A stretch of 64,000 bases of DNA from Candidatus Aenigmatarchaeota archaeon (GTDB lineage Archaea; Aenigmatarchaeota; Aenigmatarchaeia; CG10238-14; SpSt-28): assembly GCA_038733315.1 (NCBI GenBank), contig JAVYPJ010000001.1:333020-397019 (forward strand), read 5' to 3'. Both the position numbers and the translations under genes were made by a program. Position 1 is the stretch's first letter. Every line of letters begins with the position of its first letter. Below are positions 1 through 10,380 of the stretch, in pieces. The notes under the pieces are model-generated. The model saw only the letters and a program-made list of their open reading frames with translations, made no database searches and was not told the DNA's origin.

Positions 1-730
1 GTAATAATATAGTGCTAAAAATATAAAGTCTTATAGCATCTATTAATATGTATTTAGAGTTGTATTTCTTTTTCATAAAATAGGAAGATAATATTATTCC
101 AGAGACACTTCCTAAAAAATATGCAACAAACTCGAAAATACCGTGTGGCATAAATGTCATTAAGCCAATAAGTATTCCGAGTGCTCCATGAGAATGAATA
201 AAACTTCCTATAGCTGCTGCTAGTATAGTTATATTCCAAACTAGTATTATTAATATTCCACCATATATAAAAGATAAGATAAATGCTAAGGTCAATACAG
301 AAAAATTATTTAGAAAGATTTTAAAAAAAGTATCTCCTACTATAAAATTACCTCTAATCCTTTCTATTGTTTCTATTTGTTGTTTAAATATTTCATTAAC
401 AACTTCCTTAGGCAGAAACAAAAATAAAGAGGTTAACCCAAATAAAGTTCCGAAAAATACTATAGTAAAGACTTTAAAGGTTTCATAATGCCTGTCAAAA
501 AAACTATCTTTGAATCTATATATAGATTTTTTCATATTTGCTAAGATTGCTTTTCTTAGTACTGGCCATACAGCAACTGAAATGAAAAAAACAACGAATA
601 TACCTACAAATTCTTTGAAAACTAAGTATGAAATATAAACACTAACAATTGAGATAATTGCAGAATATATGAAAGATATGAAAGGTTTTTCTTTTAAAGA
701 TTTTTCATTAATTAATGATTCCAGTACCAT
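1..730 (-). CDS. SpoIIM/DUF95-family membrane protein (runs off left edge)
   Basis: Manually translated from ATG at 730 (MVLESLINEK...); multiple TM segments with FLNNFSVL and MPHGIFEF motifs. Absent from the ORF track because the stop lies outside the window. Confidence 0.8.
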   Translation of the reverse strand, partial: MVLESLINEKSLKEKPFISFIYSAIISIVSVYISYLVFKEFVGIFVVFFISVAVWPVLRKAILANMKKSIYRFKDSFFDRHYETFKVFTIVFFGTLFGLTSLFLFLPKEVVNEIFKQQIETIERIRGNFIVGDTFFKIFLNNFSVLTLAFILSFIYGGILIILVWNITILAAAIGSFIHSHGALGILIGLMTFMPHGIFEFVAYFLGSVSGIILSSYFMKKKYNSKYILIDAIRLYIFSTILL

Positions 731-737
731 AATAATT

Positions 738-1172
738 ATGAAGATTAGCAAAAAAATGTTAATATTGATAGGAATAATATTTGCTGAAGGAATTTTTATA
801 CTTTCGATTTTTAGTCATTACTCTATATATTCTTATAATACAGCTACAAATGAATTAAAAAGTAATATAAACTTTTTTGAACCTTCAAGAAGTTTAAAGT
901 ATCAGATGCTTTATGAAGGAAAGACTATTGTAATAGTTTATAATTATTCTTCGATTTCTATAGAAGAATTAGAAGGTTTAGTAGATATATTTCAAAAAAA
1001 TGTTTATTTCTTTTTGGTTAATTATACCGTACCACAGGCTTTTATTATTTCTGGAATTCGGGGTAGAATTTTTTATGAAAATACTATATTTAACTTAACT
1101 TATTTTAATTTGCTTAGAGAGCTTTGTAAAGCTTCTATAGATACTCCAAAGGAATGCATAGAGATAGAATAA
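738..1172 (+). CDS. Hypothetical membrane-anchored protein
   Basis: ORF 669-1172; ATG at 738 (MKISKK...) avoids overlap with the divergent gene; N-terminal hydrophobic helix. Confidence 0.6.
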   Translation: MKISKKMLILIGIIFAEGIFILSIFSHYSIYSYNTATNELKSNINFFEPSRSLKYQMLYEGKTIVIVYNYSSISIEELEGLVDIFQKNVYFFLVNYTVPQAFIISGIRGRIFYENTIFNLTYFNLLRELCKASIDTPKECIEIE

Positions 1173-1747
1173 TTTTTTGTGGGATTGATTTGGCGGGTAG
1201 CGAAAAAAGAATAAGCGGAATAGCTTTTATGAATTTAAATTTAGAGGTTTTCTGTTATTCGGTTCATACAAACAATGAAATATTAGATTTAGTTGAAAAA
1301 AATAATCCTAAATTTATATTTATAGATGCTCCTTTATCGCTTCCTAAGGATAGGAAAAGCTTAGAGAAAGTTTCTAATATACATTTTAGGAAGTGTGATT
1401 TAGAGCTTAAAAAACTTAAAATAAAAATTTTTCCAATAACTTTGGGTCCGATGAGAATGCTAACTATGAGGGGAATTTTGTTAAAAAAACTTTTATCTAA
1501 AAAAGGTAGAATAGTTAAGGAAACGTTTCCTGGCGCGTTTTATGATTTAAAAAACCTAAAAAGAAAGAATTTAGAAGAAATATATAATTTTTTTCAAAGT
1601 GTTGGATTGCGCTTTCTTACAAAAATTAGAAATATTCATGAAATGGATGCTATAACTTGTGTTTTTATTGCATATTTATATTATAATGGTAGGGCTAAAG
1701 AGATCGGAGAAAAAAAGGAAGGTACGATTGTTATACCTGCAGATTAA
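1154..1747 (+). CDS. DUF429/COG2410 predicted nuclease (RNase H fold)
   Basis: GIDLAG, IDAPLS, RKCDLEL, ETFPGA and HEMDA motifs. Confidence 0.85.
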   Translation: MHRDRIIFCGIDLAGSEKRISGIAFMNLNLEVFCYSVHTNNEILDLVEKNNPKFIFIDAPLSLPKDRKSLEKVSNIHFRKCDLELKKLKIKIFPITLGPMRMLTMRGILLKKLLSKKGRIVKETFPGAFYDLKNLKRKNLEEIYNFFQSVGLRFLTKIRNIHEMDAITCVFIAYLYYNGRAKEIGEKKEGTIVIPAD

Positions 1748-1961
1748 TTTTTTGAATTTTATAAAATTTTATTTACTTTTTCAATTTTTTTACTTTATAA
1801 ACGATATTCTTTATTTTAGAGACATTTCTGTTGCTTTCATCTCTCTACTTCAGAATTTAATAAACCCACTCTCCATATTGATAAGAATATTAAACGGTAT
1901 AAAAAATTATAATATTTTAGAGGTCAACACATTTTTAATAATTTTTCTAATCTCTTTTATT

Positions 1962-2657
1962 CTATCTTTCGTTAAGAGAAGAAAGAATAAGAGAAATATT
2001 AGAAAAACCTCTTAGTATATGCTTTCCGTTTATTACTATTGTAGGAACTGAGTATATTTCATACATTTCATTAATTATCTCTATCTCACTTAAGTTTAGC
2101 TCTTTATCGATTATGAAAAAGTAATAATCTAAGTTATATTCTTTAACTTTATCTAACTCTTCTCCCTGCTTTATACAAATGTCTCCACAAGAAGCAGAAT
2201 AAACATATAGAATTGTTGAAATGTTTTTATTGCAATCCTCTATGTATTTTAAAGTAAGAAAATATGAAGTCGATAATAATTTCATGTATTCTCTTTTTAA
2301 TCTTAAATATTCCGAAGAAGATCTATATTTTGAATCGTATTCTTCTAATCTATATGGTAATTGTTTTGCAAGCACTTCGAAGCTGTAATATCTTACCTTA
2401 TTATTTATTCTTTCTAATAACTTGCACTTTGCATCTCTATTTAAAAAATCCAATAGCAAAATTTCTTTATTTGTGTTTATTTCTTCGTTAAGATTTTTGG
2501 CTTCTAAGTATAGATTCTCGATTTTTTTAAATAATTCGTTTGCATAAAAATACTCAAAAATTTTTAAACCAAAGTAAATTCCTATAAAATAAAAACCTAA
2601 TGTTAAGAATATAGATAATACTAATACATTTTTTATTCTTTTTTTAGCTATCTGCAT
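1962..2657 (-). CDS. Membrane-anchored protein with C-terminal thioredoxin-like domain
   Basis: N-terminal TM helix, coiled region, CGDIC..QG.ELD and VPTIVING. Confidence 0.7.
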   Translation of the reverse strand: MQIAKKRIKNVLVLSIFLTLGFYFIGIYFGLKIFEYFYANELFKKIENLYLEAKNLNEEINTNKEILLLDFLNRDAKCKLLERINNKVRYYSFEVLAKQLPYRLEEYDSKYRSSSEYLRLKREYMKLLSTSYFLTLKYIEDCNKNISTILYVYSASCGDICIKQGEELDKVKEYNLDYYFFIIDKELNLSEIEIINEMYEIYSVPTIVINGKHILRGFSNISLILSSLNER

Positions 2658-4123
2658 ATTAATATATAGATACTAGGTTTTTTAATTTCTTCTAATATTT
2701 CTTTGCAATAATCTTTTGCATCTTTAATGTTGATAAAAATCTTTATAAACTTTTCAGTTTCGTTATACTCTATAACTTTGTAATTGTATATTATAGGTAT
2801 TTCTTCTATTTTTGCGTTAAAATTCCAATATCTTAATACTATTTTTTCATTATATTTTTTATACCAATCTGTTTTAAGGGTATCGTAAAGAGTTATATTT
2901 TTTTGATTAATAAATTTATAATAATACCAGAAGAATTGGCTATCATGAAATGGAGTAAACATTATTTCTTCGTTTTCTGGAATTTTTTCTACAAGTTCTT
3001 GAAGCGGAAAATATATGAAATTTTCATCGTATAGCATAGAAAGTCTAATCACAGAGGAATCAAAAAAGATTAACGGCAAAAATAAAATTAAAAAAGCTAA
3101 ATTCCTTTTAGATAAAATTATAAGATTTAGAATTGTTAATGGAAGAGAAAGATAAATGAATTGTCGTGGTAAAACTAAATATCTTGAAGTTAGGATTGAA
3201 AATGCTATGTTAAAAAACAAAATTGTAAAAAAAATTAAAGAATACAAAATTACATACTCATCTCTAAATCTTCTACTAACTAATAGAAATATTGGTAGAA
3301 TAAACAAAAATTGCGATATGAGCTTAGAAAAATTTGATAAGTCAGATTGGATTATCATTTTTTCCCAGCTTTGTTCTTTGAAGAGCTCTATAGGAAAATT
3401 TAAAAGAAAATCTTTATAAATTTCTTTAAAATATTCATAAAAAGAAGTACTTCCTTTCCAACTTATGTAGGAGCTAAAAACTATTATTAGAGATGCTAAA
3501 TAGATAATTAAAGTTATTAATGGATATTTCAAGTTTTTTACTGTTAAGTCTAGGGCCTTTCTGAATTGCACTCTTTTAACTATAAAGATGAAAAGCATTT
3601 TTGCAAACAGTAGTAAAATGTTAAAATAAAAAACTAATAGTGCTATGCAATCTATCAATACACTCTTTTTAAAATAGTATAATCTATTAAATTTTATATA
3701 TTTTACAAAATAAAGGGTAGAGATTGCTGAGAGGAATAGCGAGAGAGAATATGGCCTTACTATTGCTAAGGAATATATTATTGGTGTGAAGGATAATGAT
3801 AATAATATAATAATTTCAAAAATTTTTTTTTGTGTTTTTATAATATTTAGTGTTTTTACACAAAGAACTACTGAGAACGAAACTAATGTAGCAAGAATTA
3901 ATCTTAAGAATTCTATTTTAATAGAAAAGACAGTTAATGGGAATATGAAAAAATAAAATATTGGTGTTTGAGTATCCCATACTATACATTCTGTGAAAAA
4001 GTAAAGGGAGCAAATTAGGCTTGCTGTTTCATCTATGTGTGGATCTCTTGAAAAAGAAAAGATTGAGATAATAATGAAAGATATTATCCAGTACAATATA
4101 TATCTTTTTTCAATTTCTATCAT
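2648..4123 (-). CDS. GT-C (ArnT/PMT-like) multi-pass glycosyltransferase
   Basis: DE motif after TM1 (HIDET), P-x-F-Y, VRPYSL, many TM helices; adjacent to a DPM1-like gene. Confidence 0.7.
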   Translation of the reverse strand: MIEIEKRYILYWIISFIIISIFSFSRDPHIDETASLICSLYFFTECIVWDTQTPIFYFFIFPLTVFSIKIEFLRLILATLVSFSVVLCVKTLNIIKTQKKIFEIIILLSLSFTPIIYSLAIVRPYSLSLFLSAISTLYFVKYIKFNRLYYFKKSVLIDCIALLVFYFNILLLFAKMLFIFIVKRVQFRKALDLTVKNLKYPLITLIIYLASLIIVFSSYISWKGSTSFYEYFKEIYKDFLLNFPIELFKEQSWEKMIIQSDLSNFSKLISQFLFILPIFLLVSRRFRDEYVILYSLIFFTILFFNIAFSILTSRYLVLPRQFIYLSLPLTILNLIILSKRNLAFLILFLPLIFFDSSVIRLSMLYDENFIYFPLQELVEKIPENEEIMFTPFHDSQFFWYYYKFINQKNITLYDTLKTDWYKKYNEKIVLRYWNFNAKIEEIPIIYNYKVIEYNETEKFIKIFINIKDAKDYCKEILEEIKKPSIYILICR

Positions 4124-5205
4124 TTATTTAAATAAACTTTTTTTAAACTTAATATGTAATTAAATATAACAGCCACGAAAATCCCTATAAGATTTGATAT
4201 AAGATAATTTATTGAAAAGAATTCTGTAAGTACAAACAATACTATAACATTTATTATTAGGCCGAAAATTCTTACAATGTTTGTTTTTAACATTCTAGAT
4301 ATGAAATTCCTAATACCTCTTTTTCTTAAATCTCTAAAAACAAAGAATTCACAAAACAAAAAATTCCATATGATGCTAATCTCTATTGAAATAACAGAAG
4401 AAAATATATAATAAAAATTTAGAAGTTCTGTAAAAAAATATAGTAAAAACTCATTTACAAAAATTCCGCTAGCTCCTACTAAGGAAAATTTTATAATCCT
4501 TTTATATTCTTTTGTTTCTCGAAGTAAAGTCAAAAACAATTTTAAAAAGTTATAAACCTCTTTAAATCCCATTTTAGATTTTCCCTCTTTTCTTTTTTCG
4601 AATTTGAATGGAACTTCAACAAATTTTAGTTTTTGTTTAGCTAGTAATTCAAACAAAAACTTAAAGCCAATACATTTCATTTCCTTTAAATTCACTTTTT
4701 CTTTATTCAATAAGAAAAAACCAGATAGTGGGTCTGAAACTTTATTTAAATTTGGAAAGAATGAAGAAATTAAAAATATTGCGATTTTCGAAAAAAGTAT
4801 TCTAATTTTTTTTGTTTTTTTAACACTTTTATCTAAGAATCTACTAGCTATAGATATATCGGCAGAATTTTCAATTAGTTTCTCGTATAATTTAGGAATG
4901 AATTTAGGTGGATGTTGAAAATCAGCATCCATTACACAAACATATTTATATTTAGATTTCTCTATCCCAAATTTAATTGCACTCGCCAATCCTCTTTCTT
5001 TTTTTCTTACAAAAACTTTAATTCTTTCATCTTTGAATTTTTTTACCTCTTCATAAGTTTTATCTGGACTATTATCGTCTACAACTATTATTTCAAAATC
5101 TTCAAAATTTTTTTCACATATTTTAACTATTTCCGGAATAATTTTTTTAATGTTTTCCCTTTCGTTATATGTCGGAATTACAATTGAAATTTTTTTATAA
5201 TTCAT
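4120..5205 (-). CDS. Dolichol-phosphate glycosyltransferase (GT2, DPM1-like) fused to GtrA-like domain
   Basis: IVIPTYNE, VVDDNSPD, MDADFQHPP, DPLSGF; C-terminal KFSLVG...4 TM GtrA segment. Confidence 0.9.
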   Translation of the reverse strand: MNYKKISIVIPTYNERENIKKIIPEIVKICEKNFEDFEIIVVDDNSPDKTYEEVKKFKDERIKVFVRKKERGLASAIKFGIEKSKYKYVCVMDADFQHPPKFIPKLYEKLIENSADISIASRFLDKSVKKTKKIRILFSKIAIFLISSFFPNLNKVSDPLSGFFLLNKEKVNLKEMKCIGFKFLFELLAKQKLKFVEVPFKFEKRKEGKSKMGFKEVYNFLKLFLTLLRETKEYKRIIKFSLVGASGIFVNEFLLYFFTELLNFYYIFSSVISIEISIIWNFLFCEFFVFRDLRKRGIRNFISRMLKTNIVRIFGLIINVIVLFVLTEFFSINYLISNLIGIFVAVIFNYILSLKKVYLNK

Positions 5206-5212
5206 AATATAT

Positions 5213-6454
5213 ATGGAAGGTATAAGTTTTTATTACGTATCTTTGCTAATACATAACCTTAGTTTAATTCCGGTAGTGTTTTTATCGTTTATCTTTTACT
5301 TTCTTTGTATATATGCAATCACTTTTCAGAATGATGTAAGAAAGAGAAATGTTATTAAGGAATATCCGTTTGTTTCTATTCATATTCCAGTTTATAACGA
5401 TATAATAGTTGGAAGATGTATTCAAAAGTGTTTGGAGCTTGACTATCCAAAAGATAAATATGAAATAATAGTTATAGATGATAGCACTGACGAAAAAGTA
5501 AAAAAAGTTGTAGATTCCTTTAAAGGAAAAATAAAAATTTTGAGGAGAGAAAACAGAGAAGGATTTAAGCCGGGGGCTTTAAATTATGCTCTAAAGAAAT
5601 CAAAAGGAGATATAATTGTTATATTTGATTCTGATGAAATTCCTCCAAGGAATTTTTTAAAAGAGGTTGTAAAACATTTCAATGATGAAAAAATTGCGAT
5701 GGTTCAAACAAAATTGAAAATTTATAATTCAAACAAAACAATAGTTTCTAAGTTCGCTTCTCTAGTTTTATACGTTTATTACGACATATTTTTACCGGCT
5801 TTTTTCAAAAATAGAATTCTTCATTGCGCAGGTTCTAGCGTAGCTATAAGGAAAGATGTTTTATTAAAACTTGGTGGTTGGAATCAAAGCAGTGTTACTG
5901 AAGATACAGATTTTAGTATAAAACTTCTTTTAAATGGTTACAAAGCGGTTTATTTAAAAAATTTGCAAACAAAAGCCGAAGCTCCGGTTGACTTAAAAAG
6001 TTTTATTAGGCAGCAAGCAAGGTGGACTTTTGGAATTGTCAGAGGTTTTGTAGAAAATTGGAGAGATATTATAACAGATAACACACTTAATTTTACTCAA
6101 AAATTTCTAATAACGTTTCAGTTATTCTTGGGATATTTTTTGGGTATGTTTATTATTATTTTCACTTTTTCTGGTCTGTTCGTTTTTATATTGGGAGAAC
6201 CAAGAGAGCCTACATTAATGGATCTTTTTAAAACTGTAGGAATATTTTTTATAACTTCGGGTTTTCTTGCAAATCTATTTTTTGTAAGTTTTAAAGAAAA
6301 AATAAAAATAAAGTTTGAGTTGATTTTTGTTTTACTAACTCTTGGATTTCTTTTATTGGTTACTAATACAATTTATTTTTTTAGAGCATTTTTCACTAAT
6401 AAGTTTTATTGGCATGTAACTCCAAAATATTCAAATAGATTTATTAAAAGTTAA
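5213..6454 (+). CDS. Processive GT2 glycosyltransferase (cellulose-synthase-like)
   Basis: D,D,D,QxxRW signature: DDS, FDSD, TED, QQARW; flanking TMs. Confidence 0.9.
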   Translation: MEGISFYYVSLLIHNLSLIPVVFLSFIFYFLCIYAITFQNDVRKRNVIKEYPFVSIHIPVYNDIIVGRCIQKCLELDYPKDKYEIIVIDDSTDEKVKKVVDSFKGKIKILRRENREGFKPGALNYALKKSKGDIIVIFDSDEIPPRNFLKEVVKHFNDEKIAMVQTKLKIYNSNKTIVSKFASLVLYVYYDIFLPAFFKNRILHCAGSSVAIRKDVLLKLGGWNQSSVTEDTDFSIKLLLNGYKAVYLKNLQTKAEAPVDLKSFIRQQARWTFGIVRGFVENWRDIITDNTLNFTQKFLITFQLFLGYFLGMFIIIFTFSGLFVFILGEPREPTLMDLFKTVGIFFITSGFLANLFFVSFKEKIKIKFELIFVLLTLGFLLLVTNTIYFFRAFFTNKFYWHVTPKYSNRFIKS

Positions 6455-6487
6455 ATTATCATTAATAGGCTGTTTTATTATGAGAAT

Positions 6488-6559
6488 GGCCCGGTTGGTG
6501 TAGCGGTAGCACAGGGGCCTGTGGAGCCCCTAGGCCGGGTTCGAATCCCGGGCCGGGCC
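6488..6559 (+). tRNA. tRNA-His(GTG) with genomically encoded G-1
   Basis: Cloverleaf; anticodon arm GGGGC-CTGTGGA-GCCCC; C73 discriminator. Confidence 0.97.
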
Positions 6560-6610
6560 AAAATTAAATCTTTTTTAAAGGTTTTAAAATAATATTTTTT
6601 ATAAGTGAGC

Positions 6611-8236
6611 ATGACAACTTATATATTTGTAACAGGTGGAGTAATAAGTGGTATAGGAAAAGGTATAGTAACTGCTTCTATCGGAAGGATTTTAATTTCT
6701 AAGGGGTTTAGAGTTACTGCTATAAAGATAGATCCATATATAAATTACGATGCTGGAACTTTAAGACCTACTGAGCATGGAGAAGTTTTTGTTACTGCAG
6801 ATGGTGGAGAAATAGATGAAGATTTGGGTCACTATGAAAGATTCTTAGGAATTAATTTAACAAAAAATCATAATATAACTACTGGTAAAATTTATCTTAG
6901 AGTTATAGAAAAAGAGAGAAGAGGAGAATATCTTGGTAAAACTGTGGAAGTAATTCCTCACATAACAAATGAAATAAAGGATTGGATTAAAAAAATTGCA
7001 AAAGAAGATAACGCAGATTTTGTTATTGTTGAAATTGGCGGAACTGTTGGAGAGTATCAGAATGAAATATACTATAGGGCAGCTAGAATAATGAAAAATG
7101 AGGGCGAAAAAGTTTTGTTTGTTCACGTAGTTTATCTTCCTATTCCTAAGCATCTGGGTGAAATGAAAACAAAGCCGGCACAACATAGCATAGAATTATT
7201 AGGTAGATTAGGGATTTTTCCAGATTTTATAGTTGCGAGAGCGGAAAAGGAGTTAGATGAGATAAGAAAGGAAAAATTTTCTATGATGTGTAATATAAGA
7301 AAAGAAGATATAATTTCTGCACCTGATTTAGATCTAACATACGAATTACCTCTATATTTTGAAAAGCAAGATCTTGGAAATAAAATATTAGAAAAAATTG
7401 GTTTAGAAAAAAGAAAAAGCGATTTGAGCTTATGGGAAAAAATGGTTATGAATTTAAAAAATTCGAATACAATAGTTAAGATTGGAATAGTTGGAAAATA
7501 TTTTGATAGCGGAAATTTTGAATTTTCGGATTCTTACATTTCTATTATAGAGGCTATTAAGCACGCATGCGCTTTTTTAAAAGTAAAACCTCAGATAATT
7601 AGCATAAATTCTAAAGCTCTAGAAAATAGTGAAGACTTAAATAGTCTTAAAGATTTAAATGGAATAATAGTTCCAGGCGGTTTTGGAGTAAGTGGTGTTA
7701 ACGGTAAATTAAGGGCAATTAAGTATGCTAGAGAGAATAACATTCCATTTTTGGGATTGTGTTTTGGATTTCAGCTAGCGGTTATAGAATTTGCTAGGAA
7801 TGTTTGTAATTTAAATAATGCAAATTCTACCGAAATAGATGAGAAAACAGAGCATCCTGTAATAGATTTAATTCCAGAGCAAAGAGAAATACTTGAAGAA
7901 AAGAAATATGGTGCATCGATGAGATTGGGGAATCATGTAGTTAAGATTAAAAAAGAAACATTAGCATATAGGATTTATCAAAAAGAAGAGGTTTTAGAGA
8001 GATTTAGACATAGGTATGAAGTAAATCCAAAGTATGTCAAAATTCTTGAAAAAAATGGCTTAGTTTTTTCTGGTTTTTCAAAGGAGAATGAAAAAATAAT
8101 GCAAATTTGCGAATTGCCGAATCATAAATTTTTTATATGTACACAATTTCATCCAGAATTTTCCTCTAAATTTTTAGATCCTCACCCAATTTTTGTTAAT
8201 TTTGTTAAAGCATGTATATCTTATGAAAAAACATAA
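6611..8236 (+). CDS. pyrG: CTP synthase
   Basis: YIFVTGGVISGIGKG, KIDPY, GLCFGFQ, RFRHRYEVN, QFHPEF. Confidence 0.98.
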   Translation: MTTYIFVTGGVISGIGKGIVTASIGRILISKGFRVTAIKIDPYINYDAGTLRPTEHGEVFVTADGGEIDEDLGHYERFLGINLTKNHNITTGKIYLRVIEKERRGEYLGKTVEVIPHITNEIKDWIKKIAKEDNADFVIVEIGGTVGEYQNEIYYRAARIMKNEGEKVLFVHVVYLPIPKHLGEMKTKPAQHSIELLGRLGIFPDFIVARAEKELDEIRKEKFSMMCNIRKEDIISAPDLDLTYELPLYFEKQDLGNKILEKIGLEKRKSDLSLWEKMVMNLKNSNTIVKIGIVGKYFDSGNFEFSDSYISIIEAIKHACAFLKVKPQIISINSKALENSEDLNSLKDLNGIIVPGGFGVSGVNGKLRAIKYARENNIPFLGLCFGFQLAVIEFARNVCNLNNANSTEIDEKTEHPVIDLIPEQREILEEKKYGASMRLGNHVVKIKKETLAYRIYQKEEVLERFRHRYEVNPKYVKILEKNGLVFSGFSKENEKIMQICELPNHKFFICTQFHPEFSSKFLDPHPIFVNFVKACISYEKT

Positions 8237-8699
8237 ATATATAAATCTTTATAAAGAGTTTCAACAAAATCTATTTAGTTCAGTGAATTATTTAAAGAAA
8301 CATTTTTTATATAATTTTCTAGTGTTTTTTTCAAGGAGCATTTTCTTTATTTATGCCTATTTCTGGCAAATTAAAAAAGGAAAAATTGAATACTCTTCTA
8401 TGAACGATATTTTGAACTTGTTTTATTTCGATTTTCTAAGAATAGAAGAGAAAGATGTTGAGATTGTAAAAATTTCTCATAAGGAGCTTGTTACTAGGTG
8501 TCGTAATCCTTGTCCAATTTTGAAAATCGCTAACTACTTTAATTTAGATACTAGAGATTTTTGTAAAAGAGTTTCTGAGCCTGTTTGTAAATATGTTTTA
8601 AGGAAAATAGATAAAAATATTTTGTTCGAGAGAAATTATAATAATATAAGACCATATAAAGATAGCTGTGAAGAAAAGATAGAATTAATAAGCAATTAA
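8223..8699 (+). CDS. Hypothetical protein, possibly ATC-hydrolase/V4R-like metal-binding fold
   Basis: CRNPCP...RDFCK...C pattern; ATG at 8223 overlaps the pyrG end. Confidence 0.5.
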   Translation: MKKHKYINLYKEFQQNLFSSVNYLKKHFLYNFLVFFSRSIFFIYAYFWQIKKGKIEYSSMNDILNLFYFDFLRIEEKDVEIVKISHKELVTRCRNPCPILKIANYFNLDTRDFCKRVSEPVCKYVLRKIDKNILFERNYNNIRPYKDSCEEKIELISN

Positions 8700-8716
8700 A
8701 AGGTACTTGATATTTT

Positions 8717-9241
8717 ATGATATCCGAAATTTTAATATCTTTTTTTATAGCACTCTCTATTCTAATTTTCTTTAAATATTTAGAAATAAGCAGAAAATTA
8801 CATGAAAAGGCTTTTGAATTATTTCAAAAATGGAAAGAAAAAGAGTTAGAAAAAGAAGCGATTGAAAGAGCAAAAATTCTATTAGAGAGATGGCTTTTAG
8901 AAAAAGAGAAGAAAATTAGAGAAGATGCTATACAAAAATCTTTATCAACAATAATAGGAAAAGTTGGTGAACAATTAGCGCCTATATTTTTTCTGAAAAA
9001 CTATGGAATAAATCCAAAAGATGTTAGGTTTATAGGTAGCCCTATAGATTTTATAGCTTTTAAGAATCTAAGCGAAAATAAACCGGAAAAAATAATTTTC
9101 ATAGAAGTTAAAAGTGGTAAGTCTAATTTAAGCGAAAAAGAGAAAATGATTAAAGAACTAATAAATAAAAAAAGGGTAGAGTTTTTAGAAGTTGATATAG
9201 AGGAAGAAATAAAAAAACTAAATTACTCCAAGCTTCGCTAA
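8717..9241 (+). CDS. Endonuclease related to archaeal Holliday-junction resolvase (Endonuc_Holl) with N-terminal TM
   Basis: REDAI.KS..I.GKVGEQLAP, RFIGSPIDFIAF, FIEVKSG. Confidence 0.9.
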   Translation: MISEILISFFIALSILIFFKYLEISRKLHEKAFELFQKWKEKELEKEAIERAKILLERWLLEKEKKIREDAIQKSLSTIIGKVGEQLAPIFFLKNYGINPKDVRFIGSPIDFIAFKNLSENKPEKIIFIEVKSGKSNLSEKEKMIKELINKKRVEFLEVDIEEEIKKLNYSKLR

Positions 9242-9478
9242 TATTTCGTTTGCATTATATTCCTTCTTTAACTTTATGTAAGCTTTTTTAATACCTTTTC
9301 TCGTAATTATTGTATTTACTTTTTCTACTTTAACGTTTAATTGTTTTTCTATAGCTTCTTTAATTTGTTTCTTGTTAGCGTTTCTATCTACTATAAAAAC
9401 TAGCTTATTCTCTTTTTGCGCTAATCTTATGGCTTTTTCTGTTTGATATGGATAAAATATCACATCCATACTATTCAT
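9218..9478 (-). CDS. rpl23: 50S ribosomal protein uL23
   Basis: TEKA, NKLVFIVD..ANK.QIK.AIE, KVNT, KKAYIKL. Confidence 0.97.
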   Translation of the reverse strand: MNSMDVIFYPYQTEKAIRLAQKENKLVFIVDRNANKKQIKEAIEKQLNVKVEKVNTIITRKGIKKAYIKLKKEYNANEILAKLGVI

Positions 9479-9562
9479 AGAGTTTTTATATTTAAATATT
9501 GTTTTTGTATTGCGCGCAATTAAGGGTATGTAAACCCAATAAATCTAAAAATTTAAATATAA

Positions 9563-10048
9563 ATGGAAAATTTTGTAGTACTGGATATTGAAACTACAGG
9601 ATTAGATCCTTTTAGCGATAAAATTATAGGCTTTGGGTTAGCAGATGAAAAGAAAATTTTAGTGAGGGTATCTATGGATGAGAAAGTTTTGTTAAGGGAT
9701 ATTTGGGAAAACATAAGTAATAAAGTTGTTATTGGATATAATGTAAAAAACTTTGATTTTCATTTTTTGAAAATAAGAAGTTTAAAAAACGATATTGCTG
9801 TTAAAAAAGTTTCAAATGTAGTTGATTTATTAGAAATTTTGGGAATGAATAATAGCTATAAGAGAAAAAGCTTAAATTTTCTTTTGGAGTTTTTAGATTT
9901 TAATACTAAACCTTTCTCTGGGGCTAAAATTCCAGAATTTTTAGAGAGGGGTGAAATAAAAAAGATTGAGATGTATATAGAGGAGGAAATAAAGGCTTTA
10001 TTAAAGCTAATAAAAAAATTAAAAGATTGCGGTTTATTAAATTTATGA
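9563..10048 (+). CDS. RNase H-like (DEDD-type) 3'-5' exonuclease
   Basis: VLDIETTG, GYNVKNFD. Confidence 0.8.
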   Translation: MENFVVLDIETTGLDPFSDKIIGFGLADEKKILVRVSMDEKVLLRDIWENISNKVVIGYNVKNFDFHFLKIRSLKNDIAVKKVSNVVDLLEILGMNNSYKRKSLNFLLEFLDFNTKPFSGAKIPEFLERGEIKKIEMYIEEEIKALLKLIKKLKDCGLLNL

Positions 10049-10380
10049 GATATAAATTATTACTCGCAATACCTTTAATACTTTTTACTTTGCAAATTTC
10101 CCTTTCAGATTCTATTCTAACGAATATTAATAATTTAATAGAAAATGTTCTAAACATTCCTTTAAGAATTGGTAAGTTTTTTTATGATTTTTTAGGCTTA
10201 GAAAGAACTGTTGGAGCTTATCTTAAATCTGTTTCTGAACCTGTAAAGAGTATTGTTATAGTTATTCTTTTGGTTATTTCAATTTTTTTAATCATAACAT
10301 TTATAAAAAACTTAGTTTTTGCTATAGTAGTCTTTATCTGTTTATGTATAATACTTTATTTGATTTTTTATGTTTTATAG
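10045..10380 (+). CDS. Hypothetical membrane protein
   Basis: ATG at 10045 overlaps the upstream stop (ATGA); signal-like N-terminus and two C-terminal TMs. Confidence 0.65.
   Translation: MRYKLLLAIPLILFTLQISLSDSILTNINNLIENVLNIPLRIGKFFYDFLGLERTVGAYLKSVSEPVKSIVIVILLVISIFLIITFIKNLVFAIVVFICLCIILYLIFYVL

Noticed and set aside
1659..2015. 118-aa + strand ORF, and a possible degenerate C/D sRNA on the minus strand near 1815-1877
   Set aside because: The ORF overlaps both neighbours and lacks a convincing start. The boxes (ATGGAGA, CTGA, ATGAAAG, CTAA) and spacing are too poor to call.
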